From positions 883 through 64,882 of the forward strand of contig JBFYKV010000114.1 of the NCBI GenBank assembly GCA_041305745.1: a stretch of DNA of 64,000 nucleotides, in the 5' to 3' direction. The position numbers were made by a program, and so were the translations under genes. Positions 49,718-58,187 of this stretch are shown here, one piece after another. The DNA comes from Methanoregulaceae archaeon (GTDB taxonomy: Archaea > Halobacteriota > Methanomicrobia > Methanomicrobiales > Methanospirillaceae). The notes beneath the pieces were generated by a model, which did no database searches, had not been told where the DNA came from, and worked only from the letters and a program-made list of their open reading frames with translations. Within the stretch, counting starts at the first letter, position 1; every line of letters starts with the position of its first letter.

Positions 49718-50668
49718 TCAGGAGCATTCCAGAAGAGACAGTACCCTTTCGGTATTTTCCCGGATTTTTTCTACAGAGTTCCGGAACTGTGCGACTTCCT
49801 GTTCATCGATCTTGATGGGGACCGGAAAAACCCCGCTTCTGTTGATGCGTGCCGGAACGCCGATACACACGTTTCCAATGTCATGGACTTCACTCCTGAT
49901 GTAACTGGAGACCGTAAGAATCCTGTTTTCATTTGCAAGGACGGTCCGGACAAGAGTTGATATCGCTTCGCCGGGACCGTATACCGTCGATCCCTTGTTT
50001 TTAATTATGGTCTCTCCACTCGAACGGACCGCATCGACCATTTCCTGCACCGGAAGTCTTGAAAATGCAGGAAGATTACTGATCTGGATACCTCCGATAG
50101 TGGTCGCTGACCAGAGCGGCACCATTGAATCCCCGTGTTCTCCGATGATACGGGTATGCACTTCACTTACGTGCACCTTGAAATAACCTGCAATCAACGA
50201 TTTGAGTCTCATCGAATCGAGGTGAGTACCGAGCCCGAACACCTGCTGTGCTTCCATTCCCGAATATTTCATGGCCACGGAGGTCATCACGTCGACCGGG
50301 TTTGTCACCATAAGAATTACAGAATCCGGAGCAAGCCGTCCCACATCTTCTGACATCTGTGCGACAATACGGGCATTCCCGAGGGCAAGGTCAAGCCGTG
50401 ACTGGCCTGGCCGTCGTGGAAGTCCTGCCGTGCAGACAACGACGTCAGAATTACGGATATCCTCAATATCGGTTGTCCAGCTAAGGTTCTGCTGGTTTCC
50501 GCAGGCTGCAAAAGAATCATTCAGGTCCTGTGTAATGCCATGGAGCAGGTCCTCTCTCCCTTTACGACCGTAAAGGAGGATCTCGCTGACGTGAGGGATT
50601 TCTGATATCGTATGGGCTGAAAATGTCCCAACGTTCCCTGTCGCACCAATAATAGAGACTTTGGCCAT
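49718..50668 (-). CDS. mdh: malate dehydrogenase (LDH-like MDH family)
   Basis: ORF-track frame 49718..50800 trimmed to MAKVSIIGATGNVGTF... (316 aa), because the upstream 132 nt belong to the SRP RNA gene. Carries TAGLPRRPGQSRLDL and IIGEHGDSMVPLWS. Confidence 0.88.
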   Translation of the reverse strand: MAKVSIIGATGNVGTFSAHTISEIPHVSEILLYGRKGREDLLHGITQDLNDSFAACGNQQNLSWTTDIEDIRNSDVVVCTAGLPRRPGQSRLDLALGNARIVAQMSEDVGRLAPDSVILMVTNPVDVMTSVAMKYSGMEAQQVFGLGTHLDSMRLKSLIAGYFKVHVSEVHTRIIGEHGDSMVPLWSATTIGGIQISNLPAFSRLPVQEMVDAVRSSGETIIKNKGSTVYGPGEAISTLVRTVLANENRILTVSSYIRSEVHDIGNVCIGVPARINRSGVFPVPIKIDEQEVAQFRNSVEKIRENTERVLSLLECS

Positions 50669-50679
50669 GACGTGTCCTG

Positions 50680-50991
50680 AAATAGGGACACGTTCTCGGT
50701 CGACTGTACGTTCCTGCGTTTGCCGAAGGGCCCTTTCTCCACCCCGCTCCCCTGTGGGCGCCGAATGTTCACGGTAAGTCTGCTCCCTTCCGGGCCTCAA
50801 CCGGTCTCCGCGACAACAGGTCGCTACCCCCTCCGGGGTTTTGATACCTGTCCACCGACCTCACAGGACGAGGTTTCAACGTCAGGACCCAGCAGTCTCC
50901 CGCAGACCGTTGCAGCCTTCCTCAAACTTCGCCTCCCGCATACCGACGGTTTCGGGTAACAGGTGACGCCGAACCACCCGGGCTAGTCCCC
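50680..50991 (-). ncRNA. signal recognition particle RNA (archaeal 7S RNA)
   Basis: The minus strand reads GGGGACUAGCCCGGGUGGUUCGGCGUCACC... with helix 6 CCCCGGAGGGGG, helix 8 GAGGCCCGGAAGGGAGCAGAC (GGAA tetraloop plus the AGCA loop), 5' GGGGAC pairing with 3' GUCCCU, and a 3' UAUUU. About 312 nt; ends are good to within about 5 nt. Confidence 0.88.
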
Positions 50992-51007
50992 ATCATATAT
51001 GGATGAA

Positions 51008-52039
51008 CTAGGGGATAAATACCTCGCCGGGGACATGCCGGCGCCACTGCTCCATGATCGCGTTTACTTTTGGCAGGTCTTTTTTTTCGAAAAGGTCTAT
51101 TACCGATAGCGTGGAGAGTCCGCCGGGGACCACCCCGTATAACTCACGGAAATCGCCCTGGTATACCTCGATTTCCTGTTCACCTGCTGTTTCACCGATT
51201 TTCCTGGGGGATGTCACCACGGGATGCAACTGCATCTGCTGGTAATCCTCACGAATCGTGACAGTTTCAACGTTGAAAAATTCCCTGTTCACTTTGATAT
51301 TAAACGCTGCGAAGAACGCCGCCGCATACCACGCATCGTTCATGATAATTCTTTGCACTTTCATCCTCCCTGCAGTAAGGCCGAGAGTCCCTGCTCCGCA
51401 ACACGCATCAATGAACAGTCCGGGAGAAGTGGTCCTGATATTCTTTTCAACGGTATCAATTTTCGGGTTGAATGCACGCGGAAACTCGATATGCATCGTG
51501 GACTGCTGTTTGTAGAGGACGAGGGGACCGTTGTGGGTGACAAAGACATTTGCCCTGATATCACACCCTGCCATAAGTTCATAGGTCTTTGGTACACCAC
51601 CCGGTTCCGTACCGGCAATACCCGGAATGAAATCCCCATTCTTAATGACTGCCCTGACCTCGGCAACCTCTTTAATTATGCGTTCCGCGGTTTTTTTATC
51701 GATTGTACGACAGAGCAGCACCAGGGAATCCCGGGGAAGAAACGGCGGAACTTTCATGAAAAATCCGGGATGGACGAGGGGCACACCAACCGCACTGAGC
51801 GGTTCCTGCCCTGTAAGCAGCCCTTCATCCTTCATAATGAGGTAAATATGGACAAATATGTCATCAATAAACCGTTTGCCGCAGGCACAGGGTTCTTTGA
51901 TTCCGGCGTCTGCAGGCGGGGAATTTTTATCGATCACGTGGTACCTGCAGTCAGGACAACGTGAAAAAATAGTTGGAAGGAGATTGATGAGTTCATGGGC
52001 TTCTAATACGCAATCCTCCCCGCATACAGGGCATTTCAT
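51008..52039 (-). CDS. Zn-ribbon-containing SAM-dependent methyltransferase, specificity unknown
   Basis: ORF-track frame 51008..52123 overlaps a tRNA gene, so it is trimmed to MKCPVCGEDC... (343 aa). Carries CPVC...CPDC...CAC Cys pairs and a Rossmann motif I LFIDACCGAGTLGL, followed by IIMNDAWY. Confidence 0.6.
   Translation of the reverse strand: MKCPVCGEDCVLEAHELINLLPTIFSRCPDCRYHVIDKNSPPADAGIKEPCACGKRFIDDIFVHIYLIMKDEGLLTGQEPLSAVGVPLVHPGFFMKVPPFLPRDSLVLLCRTIDKKTAERIIKEVAEVRAVIKNGDFIPGIAGTEPGGVPKTYELMAGCDIRANVFVTHNGPLVLYKQQSTMHIEFPRAFNPKIDTVEKNIRTTSPGLFIDACCGAGTLGLTAGRMKVQRIIMNDAWYAAAFFAAFNIKVNREFFNVETVTIREDYQQMQLHPVVTSPRKIGETAGEQEIEVYQGDFRELYGVVPGGLSTLSVIDLFEKKDLPKVNAIMEQWRRHVPGEVFIP
51015..51021 (-). 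promoter_or_regulatory. TATA-box-like element of the SRP RNA gene
   Basis: The minus strand reads GGTATTTATCCCC, centred about 27 nt upstream of the GGGGAC 5' end. It lies inside the last codons of the upstream methyltransferase gene. Confidence 0.5.
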
Positions 52040-52098
52040 TAAATGTGCTATTGGCGTTTGCACATAGAAATCTTTTGATTTTAAAAACGAAAGACCAG

Positions 52099-52173
52099 TG
52101 GGCCCGATGCGATTCGAACGCATGACCGCCCGGTTATGAGCCGGGCGCTCTAACCGGACTAAGCTACGGGCCC
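52099..52173 (-). tRNA. tRNA with anticodon CAT, probably tRNA-Ile2 (agmatidine-modified) rather than tRNA-Met
   Basis: Hand fold: GGGCCCG UA GCUU AGUCCGGUUA GAGC G CCCGG CUCAUAA CCGGG CGGUC AUGCG UUCGAAU CGCAU CGGGCCC A. The acceptor and anticodon stems are identical to tRNA-Ile(GAT) at 38766. Confidence 0.8.
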
Positions 52174-52181
52174 GGGTGAAG

Positions 52182-52254
52182 CGCCGCCAACAGGACTCGA
52201 ACCTGTGACATGCTGGTTAACAGCCAGCCACTCTACCAACTGAGTTATGGCGGC
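52182..52254 (-). tRNA. tRNA-Asn (anticodon GTT)
   Basis: Hand fold: GCCGCCA UA ACUC AGUUGGUA GAGU G GCUGG CUGUUAA CCAGC AUGUC ACAGG UUCGAGU CCUGU UGGCGGC G. Confidence 0.88.
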
Positions 52255-52362
52255 ACGCCTGATGTGCCAGTATAGATTATTTGTAAGTGGTTTTAAAGAT
52301 ACCGTTTGTCTCCCGGAGAACGATTGGATCCGGCATGGAAAAACGGTAGTACGAGTTTTTTT

Positions 52363-52650
52363 TCAGTCGTTCTTCTTCATCGATCGCAGGAGATCAATCA
52401 TTGCATCAAGTTCCTCGTCAAGGTGAAGAAGCATTTCCTCAGCCCTTTTCGTCGCGACTGCCCCCGACGGTGATGCCTGGATATAGCCGAGCTGCTCAAG
52501 GACCCGCAGCGAATACCGGATACGGTGAAACGGCAGGTCAAGCTGTTCAGAGAGTTTCATTATCCCGATTGGCTGATGACCGACAACTGCCCGCACGACC
52601 TGGATATGCCGCTGCATCAGTTCAATTTCGTCCCTGACTTTTTCCAGCAT
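52363..52650 (-). CDS. small winged-helix DNA-binding protein
   Basis: 95 aa, IGIMKLSEQLDLPFHRIRYSLRVLEQLGYIQASPSGAVAT. Confidence 0.5.
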   Translation of the reverse strand: MLEKVRDEIELMQRHIQVVRAVVGHQPIGIMKLSEQLDLPFHRIRYSLRVLEQLGYIQASPSGAVATKRAEEMLLHLDEELDAMIDLLRSMKKND

Positions 52651-52684
52651 GAAAAAGAGAACCCCTCATACTTATCCTTTCATA

Positions 52685-52912
52685 TTATGCGTTTTCGTCA
52701 AGCCATGCTTTTGTCGCCAGGTAATCCCGGCGGAAGTAGAGTGCAATACCTCCGGCACATGCAAAGAGAACCACTGCAACCGGAAGCTGGTAGCCTGCCG
52801 GTGCTTTAAAGAGTGCTATGATGCCCACGGCGATCATGAGGATAATGACATTCAGCAGGACTGCAAGCCGGTAAAATTTCCATTTGAAACGCTGTCTGGC
52901 CGCCTCTTCCAT
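52685..52912 (-). CDS. small membrane protein (2 TM), hypothetical
   Basis: 75 aa with two hydrophobic helices (LAVLLNVIILMIAVGIIALF and VAVVLFACAGGIALYF). Confidence 0.4.
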   Translation of the reverse strand: MEEAARQRFKWKFYRLAVLLNVIILMIAVGIIALFKAPAGYQLPVAVVLFACAGGIALYFRRDYLATKAWLDENA

Positions 52913-52972
52913 TACTCATACCTCGTCTTCATGATAAAAGTACTTGTGGTATTGCCTCTAAACTGATGCGTA

Positions 52973-54100
52973 ATGGATGCGCTTGATCAGGCGATGAGAG
53001 GGCAGGGCGCGACCGGATTTGTGGTATATGGATCATCTGAAAATGCCAATATCCGCTACCTTACCCGTTTTACCACAACCGACCCGGTTGTATTCTTTAA
53101 GAAACAGGGAGAAGCAGCAACCATCATCGTTTCACAGATGGAAACGGAGCGGGCACGCCGGGAGTCATCGGCGAATGTCATGACACGGGCAGATGCAGGT
53201 CTTTTTGAGATTCTTGCAAAAGAACCCGACCGGTGGAAAGCCACCGCCCGGATGATTGCCGGGCAGGCAGGCGAAACCCTCCTTGTTCCTGCTGATTTCC
53301 CGTTTCTGCTCGCACACGAGCTGCAGGAATATGCCAGGGTCATCCCGGACAGAAATACAGTGGAGAACATGAGGGCAGTGAAGACCGCTGACGAGATCTC
53401 ATTGATAACGTCTGTCCAGGCAGTGACAGACATGGCGATGGACCATGCGGTACGCCTGATCAGGCGGTCAAAAATTAAATCCGGCACCCTCTACAGGGGG
53501 GCAGTCCCCCTCACTTCAGAATTCATCAGGACTTCCATGGAACGGATCTTCCTGGCTCATGGCTGTCATGCACAGGATACGATCGTCTCATGCGGAAAGG
53601 ATACCGCGTATCCCCATATCCGGGGGGATGGTCCGCTTTCAGCCAATGAGCCCATTGTAATCGACGTATTCCCAAAGAGCAATGAATCAGGCTACTTTTC
53701 CGATATGACCCGCACAGTCCTCAAAGGTGAGGCAGATCCCGGGATCGTCGATATGTACCAGGCGGTAAAAGAGGCGCAGGCATATGCAGGCGAAAAAATC
53801 CGGCCGGGGGTTACCGGGGATGAAGTCCATAATGCAGTGGTCGGTTTTTTTAAAGAACGTGGCTATCCAAGTGGCAAAGAAGGTTTCATCCACAACCTCG
53901 GGCATGGTGTGGGCCTCGAAGTGCATGAGCTCCCGTCGCTCGGTCCCGGAGGCGGCATGCTTGCGACAGGGAATGTCGTCACGAACGAACCAGGGCTCTA
54001 TATCCCGGGGATCGGCGGAGTCCGGCTTGAGAATACGGGTGTGGTGACCGGGAACGGTTTTGGGTGCCTCACTCATTACGAAGAAGAGCTAATCATATAG
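52973..54100 (+). CDS. pepQ: M24-family Xaa-Pro aminopeptidase/dipeptidase
   Basis: 375 aa. Creatinase/prolidase N-domain, then DVFPKSNESGYFSDMTRT and HNLGHGVGLEVHE metal ligand motifs. Confidence 0.85.
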   Translation: MDALDQAMRGQGATGFVVYGSSENANIRYLTRFTTTDPVVFFKKQGEAATIIVSQMETERARRESSANVMTRADAGLFEILAKEPDRWKATARMIAGQAGETLLVPADFPFLLAHELQEYARVIPDRNTVENMRAVKTADEISLITSVQAVTDMAMDHAVRLIRRSKIKSGTLYRGAVPLTSEFIRTSMERIFLAHGCHAQDTIVSCGKDTAYPHIRGDGPLSANEPIVIDVFPKSNESGYFSDMTRTVLKGEADPGIVDMYQAVKEAQAYAGEKIRPGVTGDEVHNAVVGFFKERGYPSGKEGFIHNLGHGVGLEVHELPSLGPGGGMLATGNVVTNEPGLYIPGIGGVRLENTGVVTGNGFGCLTHYEEELII

Positions 54101-54102
54101 GG

Positions 54103-54984
54103 ATGGGGATGAAAGACGAGATATTCGATCTCTATTGTGAAGCAGGAAAAATTGCATCAGAGGTCAGGGCAATCGGCGCCCGTGAAATAAGGGTTGGTGC
54201 GTCCTACCCTGAGGTTGTAGAATTCATTGAAGACCTTGTAAAGAGCAGGGATGGAGGCCTTGCATTTCCCCTCAATGTTTCCATAAACGAGGACGCGGCG
54301 CACGATACCGCATCGTTTTCTGACGAGCGTGTATTCTGCAGCGGGGACGTGGTAAAGCTCGACCTCGGCGTTCATCTTGACGGGTATATTGCAGATACTG
54401 CAATTACCGTCGATCTTGGGGGTAATGGCATTCTTGTCGAAGCATCCAGGGAAGCACTGGACAGTGCCATCCTTCATGTGCGCCCGGGCGTTACTACCGG
54501 CGAACTCGGGGCCGTAATCCAGAAAGAGATTGAATCGCGGGGATTTAAGCCCGTCGGGAATCTCACCGGCCACGGTCTCGACCGTTATGCCATCCACACC
54601 CCGCCGAATGTACCGAATATCGGAATTTCCGGGGGTGCAGTCCTCGAAGAGGGGATGGTATTTGCAATCGAGCCGTTTGCAAGTACCGGCGCCGGACGGG
54701 TGAGCGAGAAGCCGCGTACCGAGATTTTCCAGCAGATCTCGATCAAACCGGTGCGTCTCGCCACTGCCCGGCGCATCGTTGATTCTGTCCGGGACCGTCA
54801 CGGTATGCCGTTCGCCCGGCGCTGGCTGCCCGGAGATAGACTGGATATTCCCCTCACAACGCTTCTCCGGGCAGGGATACTTCACGGCTACCCTGTCCTG
54901 GCAGATATTCCGGGCTCATTCGTCTCGCAGGCCGAACATACGCTCATTGTGCAGGAAGACGGCTGCACTGTTACGACTGCATGA
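54103..54984 (+). CDS. map: methionine aminopeptidase, type 2 (archaeal)
   Basis: ORF-track frame trimmed to MGMKDEIFDLYCEAGKIA... Carries GDVVKLDLGVHLDGYIADTA, GHGLDRYAIHTPPNVPN and FAIEPFAS. Confidence 0.88.
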   Translation: MGMKDEIFDLYCEAGKIASEVRAIGAREIRVGASYPEVVEFIEDLVKSRDGGLAFPLNVSINEDAAHDTASFSDERVFCSGDVVKLDLGVHLDGYIADTAITVDLGGNGILVEASREALDSAILHVRPGVTTGELGAVIQKEIESRGFKPVGNLTGHGLDRYAIHTPPNVPNIGISGGAVLEEGMVFAIEPFASTGAGRVSEKPRTEIFQQISIKPVRLATARRIVDSVRDRHGMPFARRWLPGDRLDIPLTTLLRAGILHGYPVLADIPGSFVSQAEHTLIVQEDGCTVTTA

Positions 54985-56303
54985 GATACTCTTATGCAGG
55001 CGCAATATCAATAATTAAGGTTACAGTCATGTCGGGAGAGGACGATATACTAAAACTTCTGGAAATGTTGCTTACGGCAGAAATTTTCAACCAGAACCAG
55101 AACCTTGATGCAAACGACCTTACACCCGAGTGCAGAGAACTTTTCGGGGTAAACGGAACAAGCGAGGTGAAGCGGCCGCTCTATGTCAGCGAGGGGATGG
55201 TACGTAAATCCCTCGGCATCGGGGACGCCTGCCAGAAACTCCAGTCAAACCCGGTTGTCTCATGCGAGGAGTTCGGCCAGCGCATCCATATTACTGCGCT
55301 GGAACCGGCAGCCCGCTGGTTCCTCAGGAAGGGGGGAGAAGGAATTATCTCAAATAACCCTGCTCTGGCCTTCTATTATGAGAACCATGATTCAACCGGG
55401 ATATCCCACCTCTCGGTCCGGGCGAAAAACCCGCCGTTTGAAGATACAAAGGTCTATCTCGACACAAAGGTCTCACGAATTATCGGGCAGGACGAGAAAC
55501 TCCGCATTGCACTGGACCTTGTCATCATCAATGCCCCCGAGGAGATTGAACAGCGCATTGAAGACATGGTCTGCACAGATGAGCAGAAAGATGTGATCGG
55601 CAAGATCCAGATCGCCCGGCTCCACCGTGATCTTCTTTTAAGGCACCGTATACAGGAGGTCGGGAAGATGCTCTTTGTGGGCCCGCCCGGAACAGGAAAG
55701 ACATCACTTGCGCTGGCATTATCCCACGAGATGCACCTGCCAGTCGTGGAAGTGCGGCTCTCGATGATAACATCCCAGTACCTCGGAGAGACCTCCAAAA
55801 ATATCGACAGGATATTTGATTTTGCAAAAAAAATTGCCCCGTGCATTCTCTTTATTGATGAATTTGATTTTGTTGCGAAGAGCAGGGTAACCGACGACCA
55901 CGGTGCGATGAAACGTGCAGTCAATTCTCTCCTCAAAAATATCGACCAGATCAATCTTGTTAAAAACGGGGTGCTTCTCATCGGTGCGACCAATCATCCC
56001 CAGCTTCTCGATGAGGCCGCCTGGAGGCGGTTTGATGAAGTGGTCGAATTCGGCCTCCCTACCGAGGAGATGAGGTTTGAAATCCTGAAAAATGTCACTG
56101 CGTCTCTGAAGTGCGACTGCGATTACCGCCATCTTGCGGCACGGACAGAGGGCTTTTCCGGTGCTGACCTGCGCATCATGGTCAAAGAAGCAATACTTGC
56201 CGCACTGATGGACAACCGTGACCATATCCTTATGCGGGATATTGAGAAGGGGATGGTGGCAGTTAATAACCGGAACACCATCCGGCACCTGAACTGGTTA
56301 TAG
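54981..56303 (+). CDS. classic-clade AAA ATPase with an uncharacterised ~230 aa N-terminal domain
   Basis: Walker A GPPGTGKT, Walker B ILFIDEFD, SRH GATNHPQLLDEAAWRRF. The ATG at 54981 makes an ATGA overlap with the map stop; the alternative ATG is at 55029. Confidence 0.8.
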   Translation: MRYSYAGAISIIKVTVMSGEDDILKLLEMLLTAEIFNQNQNLDANDLTPECRELFGVNGTSEVKRPLYVSEGMVRKSLGIGDACQKLQSNPVVSCEEFGQRIHITALEPAARWFLRKGGEGIISNNPALAFYYENHDSTGISHLSVRAKNPPFEDTKVYLDTKVSRIIGQDEKLRIALDLVIINAPEEIEQRIEDMVCTDEQKDVIGKIQIARLHRDLLLRHRIQEVGKMLFVGPPGTGKTSLALALSHEMHLPVVEVRLSMITSQYLGETSKNIDRIFDFAKKIAPCILFIDEFDFVAKSRVTDDHGAMKRAVNSLLKNIDQINLVKNGVLLIGATNHPQLLDEAAWRRFDEVVEFGLPTEEMRFEILKNVTASLKCDCDYRHLAARTEGFSGADLRIMVKEAILAALMDNRDHILMRDIEKGMVAVNNRNTIRHLNWL

Positions 56304-56304
56304 G

Positions 56305-57033
56305 ATGAAACTGACACTGCTCGGGTCCGGTGACGCGGTCGGTACCCCAAAAGTCGGATGTGACTGTCCACAGTGTCTCCTGGCCCGTGCTACCGGGATC
56401 CAGAGGCTTCGGACATCCCTTCTCATCGAGTACCAGGGCCGGCATATCCTTATCGACTCGACTCCTGACCTGCGGCAGCAGCTGCTCTCCCACAACTCCC
56501 CGCATATCGATGCAGTGATCTGGACTCACGGCCACTATGACCATTTCATGGGGTTCGGTGAATTTTACCGGGTTCAGAAAGTACCCGATGTGTACGCGGC
56601 ACCGCCTGTCATCAGGTACTGTGATGAGATCTTTAAATTTCTCCCTCACACGAGTCATGCAATCACCCCTTATACGCAGTTTAACCTCTTCGGGCTGGAT
56701 TTCACCCTTGTCGAGGTCAATCATCCACCCGTCTTCACCTGCGGTGTCGTGATATCCGCAGGGGGATTAAAGATCGGGTACACCTCAGATACACGTGCAG
56801 ATATTCCGCAAAAAAGCCTCGATTGCCTGCACGGTTCAGATCTCCTCTTCATTGATGCGATTGTACCCCCGCACTATACCATTGCAAAACACATGAATTA
56901 CAGCGACGCTGTCAGGCTGGCAGGCGAACTCGATGCCGGTGCATTCAGGTGCGTCCACTTAAGCCATCTTATCCCGTGGGACCTCCCGGATACCGGCAGG
57001 GACGGGGAAACATTCTGTTATCCCGATGCCTGA
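56305..57033 (+). CDS. metallo-beta-lactamase-fold hydrolase (PhnP-like)
   Basis: 242 aa, MKLTLLGSGDAVGTP, CDCPQC, WTHGHYDHFMG (HxHxDH). Starts 1 nt after the AAA ATPase stop. Confidence 0.75.
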   Translation: MKLTLLGSGDAVGTPKVGCDCPQCLLARATGIQRLRTSLLIEYQGRHILIDSTPDLRQQLLSHNSPHIDAVIWTHGHYDHFMGFGEFYRVQKVPDVYAAPPVIRYCDEIFKFLPHTSHAITPYTQFNLFGLDFTLVEVNHPPVFTCGVVISAGGLKIGYTSDTRADIPQKSLDCLHGSDLLFIDAIVPPHYTIAKHMNYSDAVRLAGELDAGAFRCVHLSHLIPWDLPDTGRDGETFCYPDA

Positions 57034-57108
57034 TACCCTCCTGATCGCACGTGGCATGACCGGCAGCATAAATATCTATATAGTTTTTCACTACCCACAC
57101 ATACTGGA

Positions 57109-57384
57109 ATGAATATAAAAATACTCGAGCTTGAGAAGGACACGGTAAAGATGGTCATTCAGGGTGAAGGGCACACATTTATGAGTGCACTGACTGCCGA
57201 GATACTCAACGATCCTGCCGTTGACGTTGCAAAGTACAGGATAGAGTTCCAGTTCTCAGAACCCGAACTGCTTGTCACCACAAACGGTAAAAAGGATCCT
57301 CTCGAGGCGATAACTGATGCCTGCAAACGCCTTTCAGGGCATTGCAGTTCGCTCCTCGACAACCTCGGCTCCCAGAAATCTTAA
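57109..57384 (+). CDS. rpoL: DNA-directed RNA polymerase subunit L (Rpo11)
   Basis: 91 aa, KILELEKDTVKMVIQGEGHTFMSALTAEIL. Confidence 0.85.
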   Translation: MNIKILELEKDTVKMVIQGEGHTFMSALTAEILNDPAVDVAKYRIEFQFSEPELLVTTNGKKDPLEAITDACKRLSGHCSSLLDNLGSQKS

Positions 57385-57492
57385 AAAAAGAAAAGAAACC
57401 AGGGGAAAGACCATCCCCGCCTGTTTTATTCTGAAAATTCCAGGGCCGCCATGAATCTGTCATGACATTCCCTTTCCCCTGGAGATTCCGGA

Positions 57493-58104
57493 TCACGCCC
57501 GTTCGGTAAATATTATCGATCCCGAAATGCGGGCAACCCTGACCTTAATCTGCTGTCCGGGTTTGGAATTAGCAACATACATGATATAGCGGCCCATTCT
57601 GACCACGCCATCTCCACGCTTGCTGACAGACTGGATCTCGACATCCATGACTGCCCCTTCCTGGACCTCCTGTGACGCCTGTTCGCTGCGTGCTTTGCGT
57701 TTCCTGACCGGGCGGTGACCGCCACAGGCATCGCACCTGAGCAGCAGGACCCGGTCGTCCTTTACCAGCCTTGTATCTGGTTTACCGCATTCCGAACAGA
57801 TGACATAATCGTCCACGTAATTCTTAATCAGGTTGTTTATCAGGGACGGTTCAAATTTTCCGTTGAATATTGCCCTGTTCCCGTCAATTTTCCCTGCCGT
57901 CCCCAGTTCACCGAGGAGAAACTTCATCAGATGGTCCTGTTCCCTGCGCACCACGTCAGCAATCTCGGCAAAGTTTTCGAGAACTGTCGTCTTGCCCTCG
58001 ATATATGCTTTCGCCTCCGGAACGGTGAACCGCTCCACCGATTCGCTCGGCTCGGTCACGTTGGCATACGCCTTCTTCAGGAGTGTTTCGTACGGTTCAG
58101 CCAT
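57493..58104 (-). CDS. eif2b: translation initiation factor aIF-2 beta with C-terminal TRAM domain
   Basis: ORF-track frame trimmed to [13 protein letters not shown]... (203 aa). Zn ribbon CSECGKPDT...CDACG, then a linker, then a TRAM-like [50 protein letters not shown]. Confidence 0.85.
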   Translation of the reverse strand: MAEPYETLLKKAYANVTEPSESVERFTVPEAKAYIEGKTTVLENFAEIADVVRREQDHLMKFLLGELGTAGKIDGNRAIFNGKFEPSLINNLIKNYVDDYVICSECGKPDTRLVKDDRVLLLRCDACGGHRPVRKRKARSEQASQEVQEGAVMDVEIQSVSKRGDGVVRMGRYIMYVANSKPGQQIKVRVARISGSIIFTERA

Positions 58105-58187
58105 GTGTATATATAAGGGGTGAATGGGTAAAAAGGTGGCACCCGCCATTGCTGCCAGATGGTTTTTAGGGTGATGCGGGAGAAAAT

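Noticed and set aside
50521-50959. ORFs 50521..50772(-), 50720..50959(+) and the 5' extension of the mdh frame to 50800.
   Set aside because: They overlap the SRP RNA gene. The mdh N-terminus MAKVSIIGATGNVG at 50668 is the family-typical start.
51224-51964. 246-aa + strand ORF.
   Set aside because: Antisense shadow of the Zn-ribbon methyltransferase gene.
54157-54885. 242-aa minus-strand ORF, plus the 55454..55993 and 55719..56288 minus-strand ORFs.
   Set aside because: Antisense shadows of map and the AAA ATPase gene, both of which have unambiguous motifs on the + strand.
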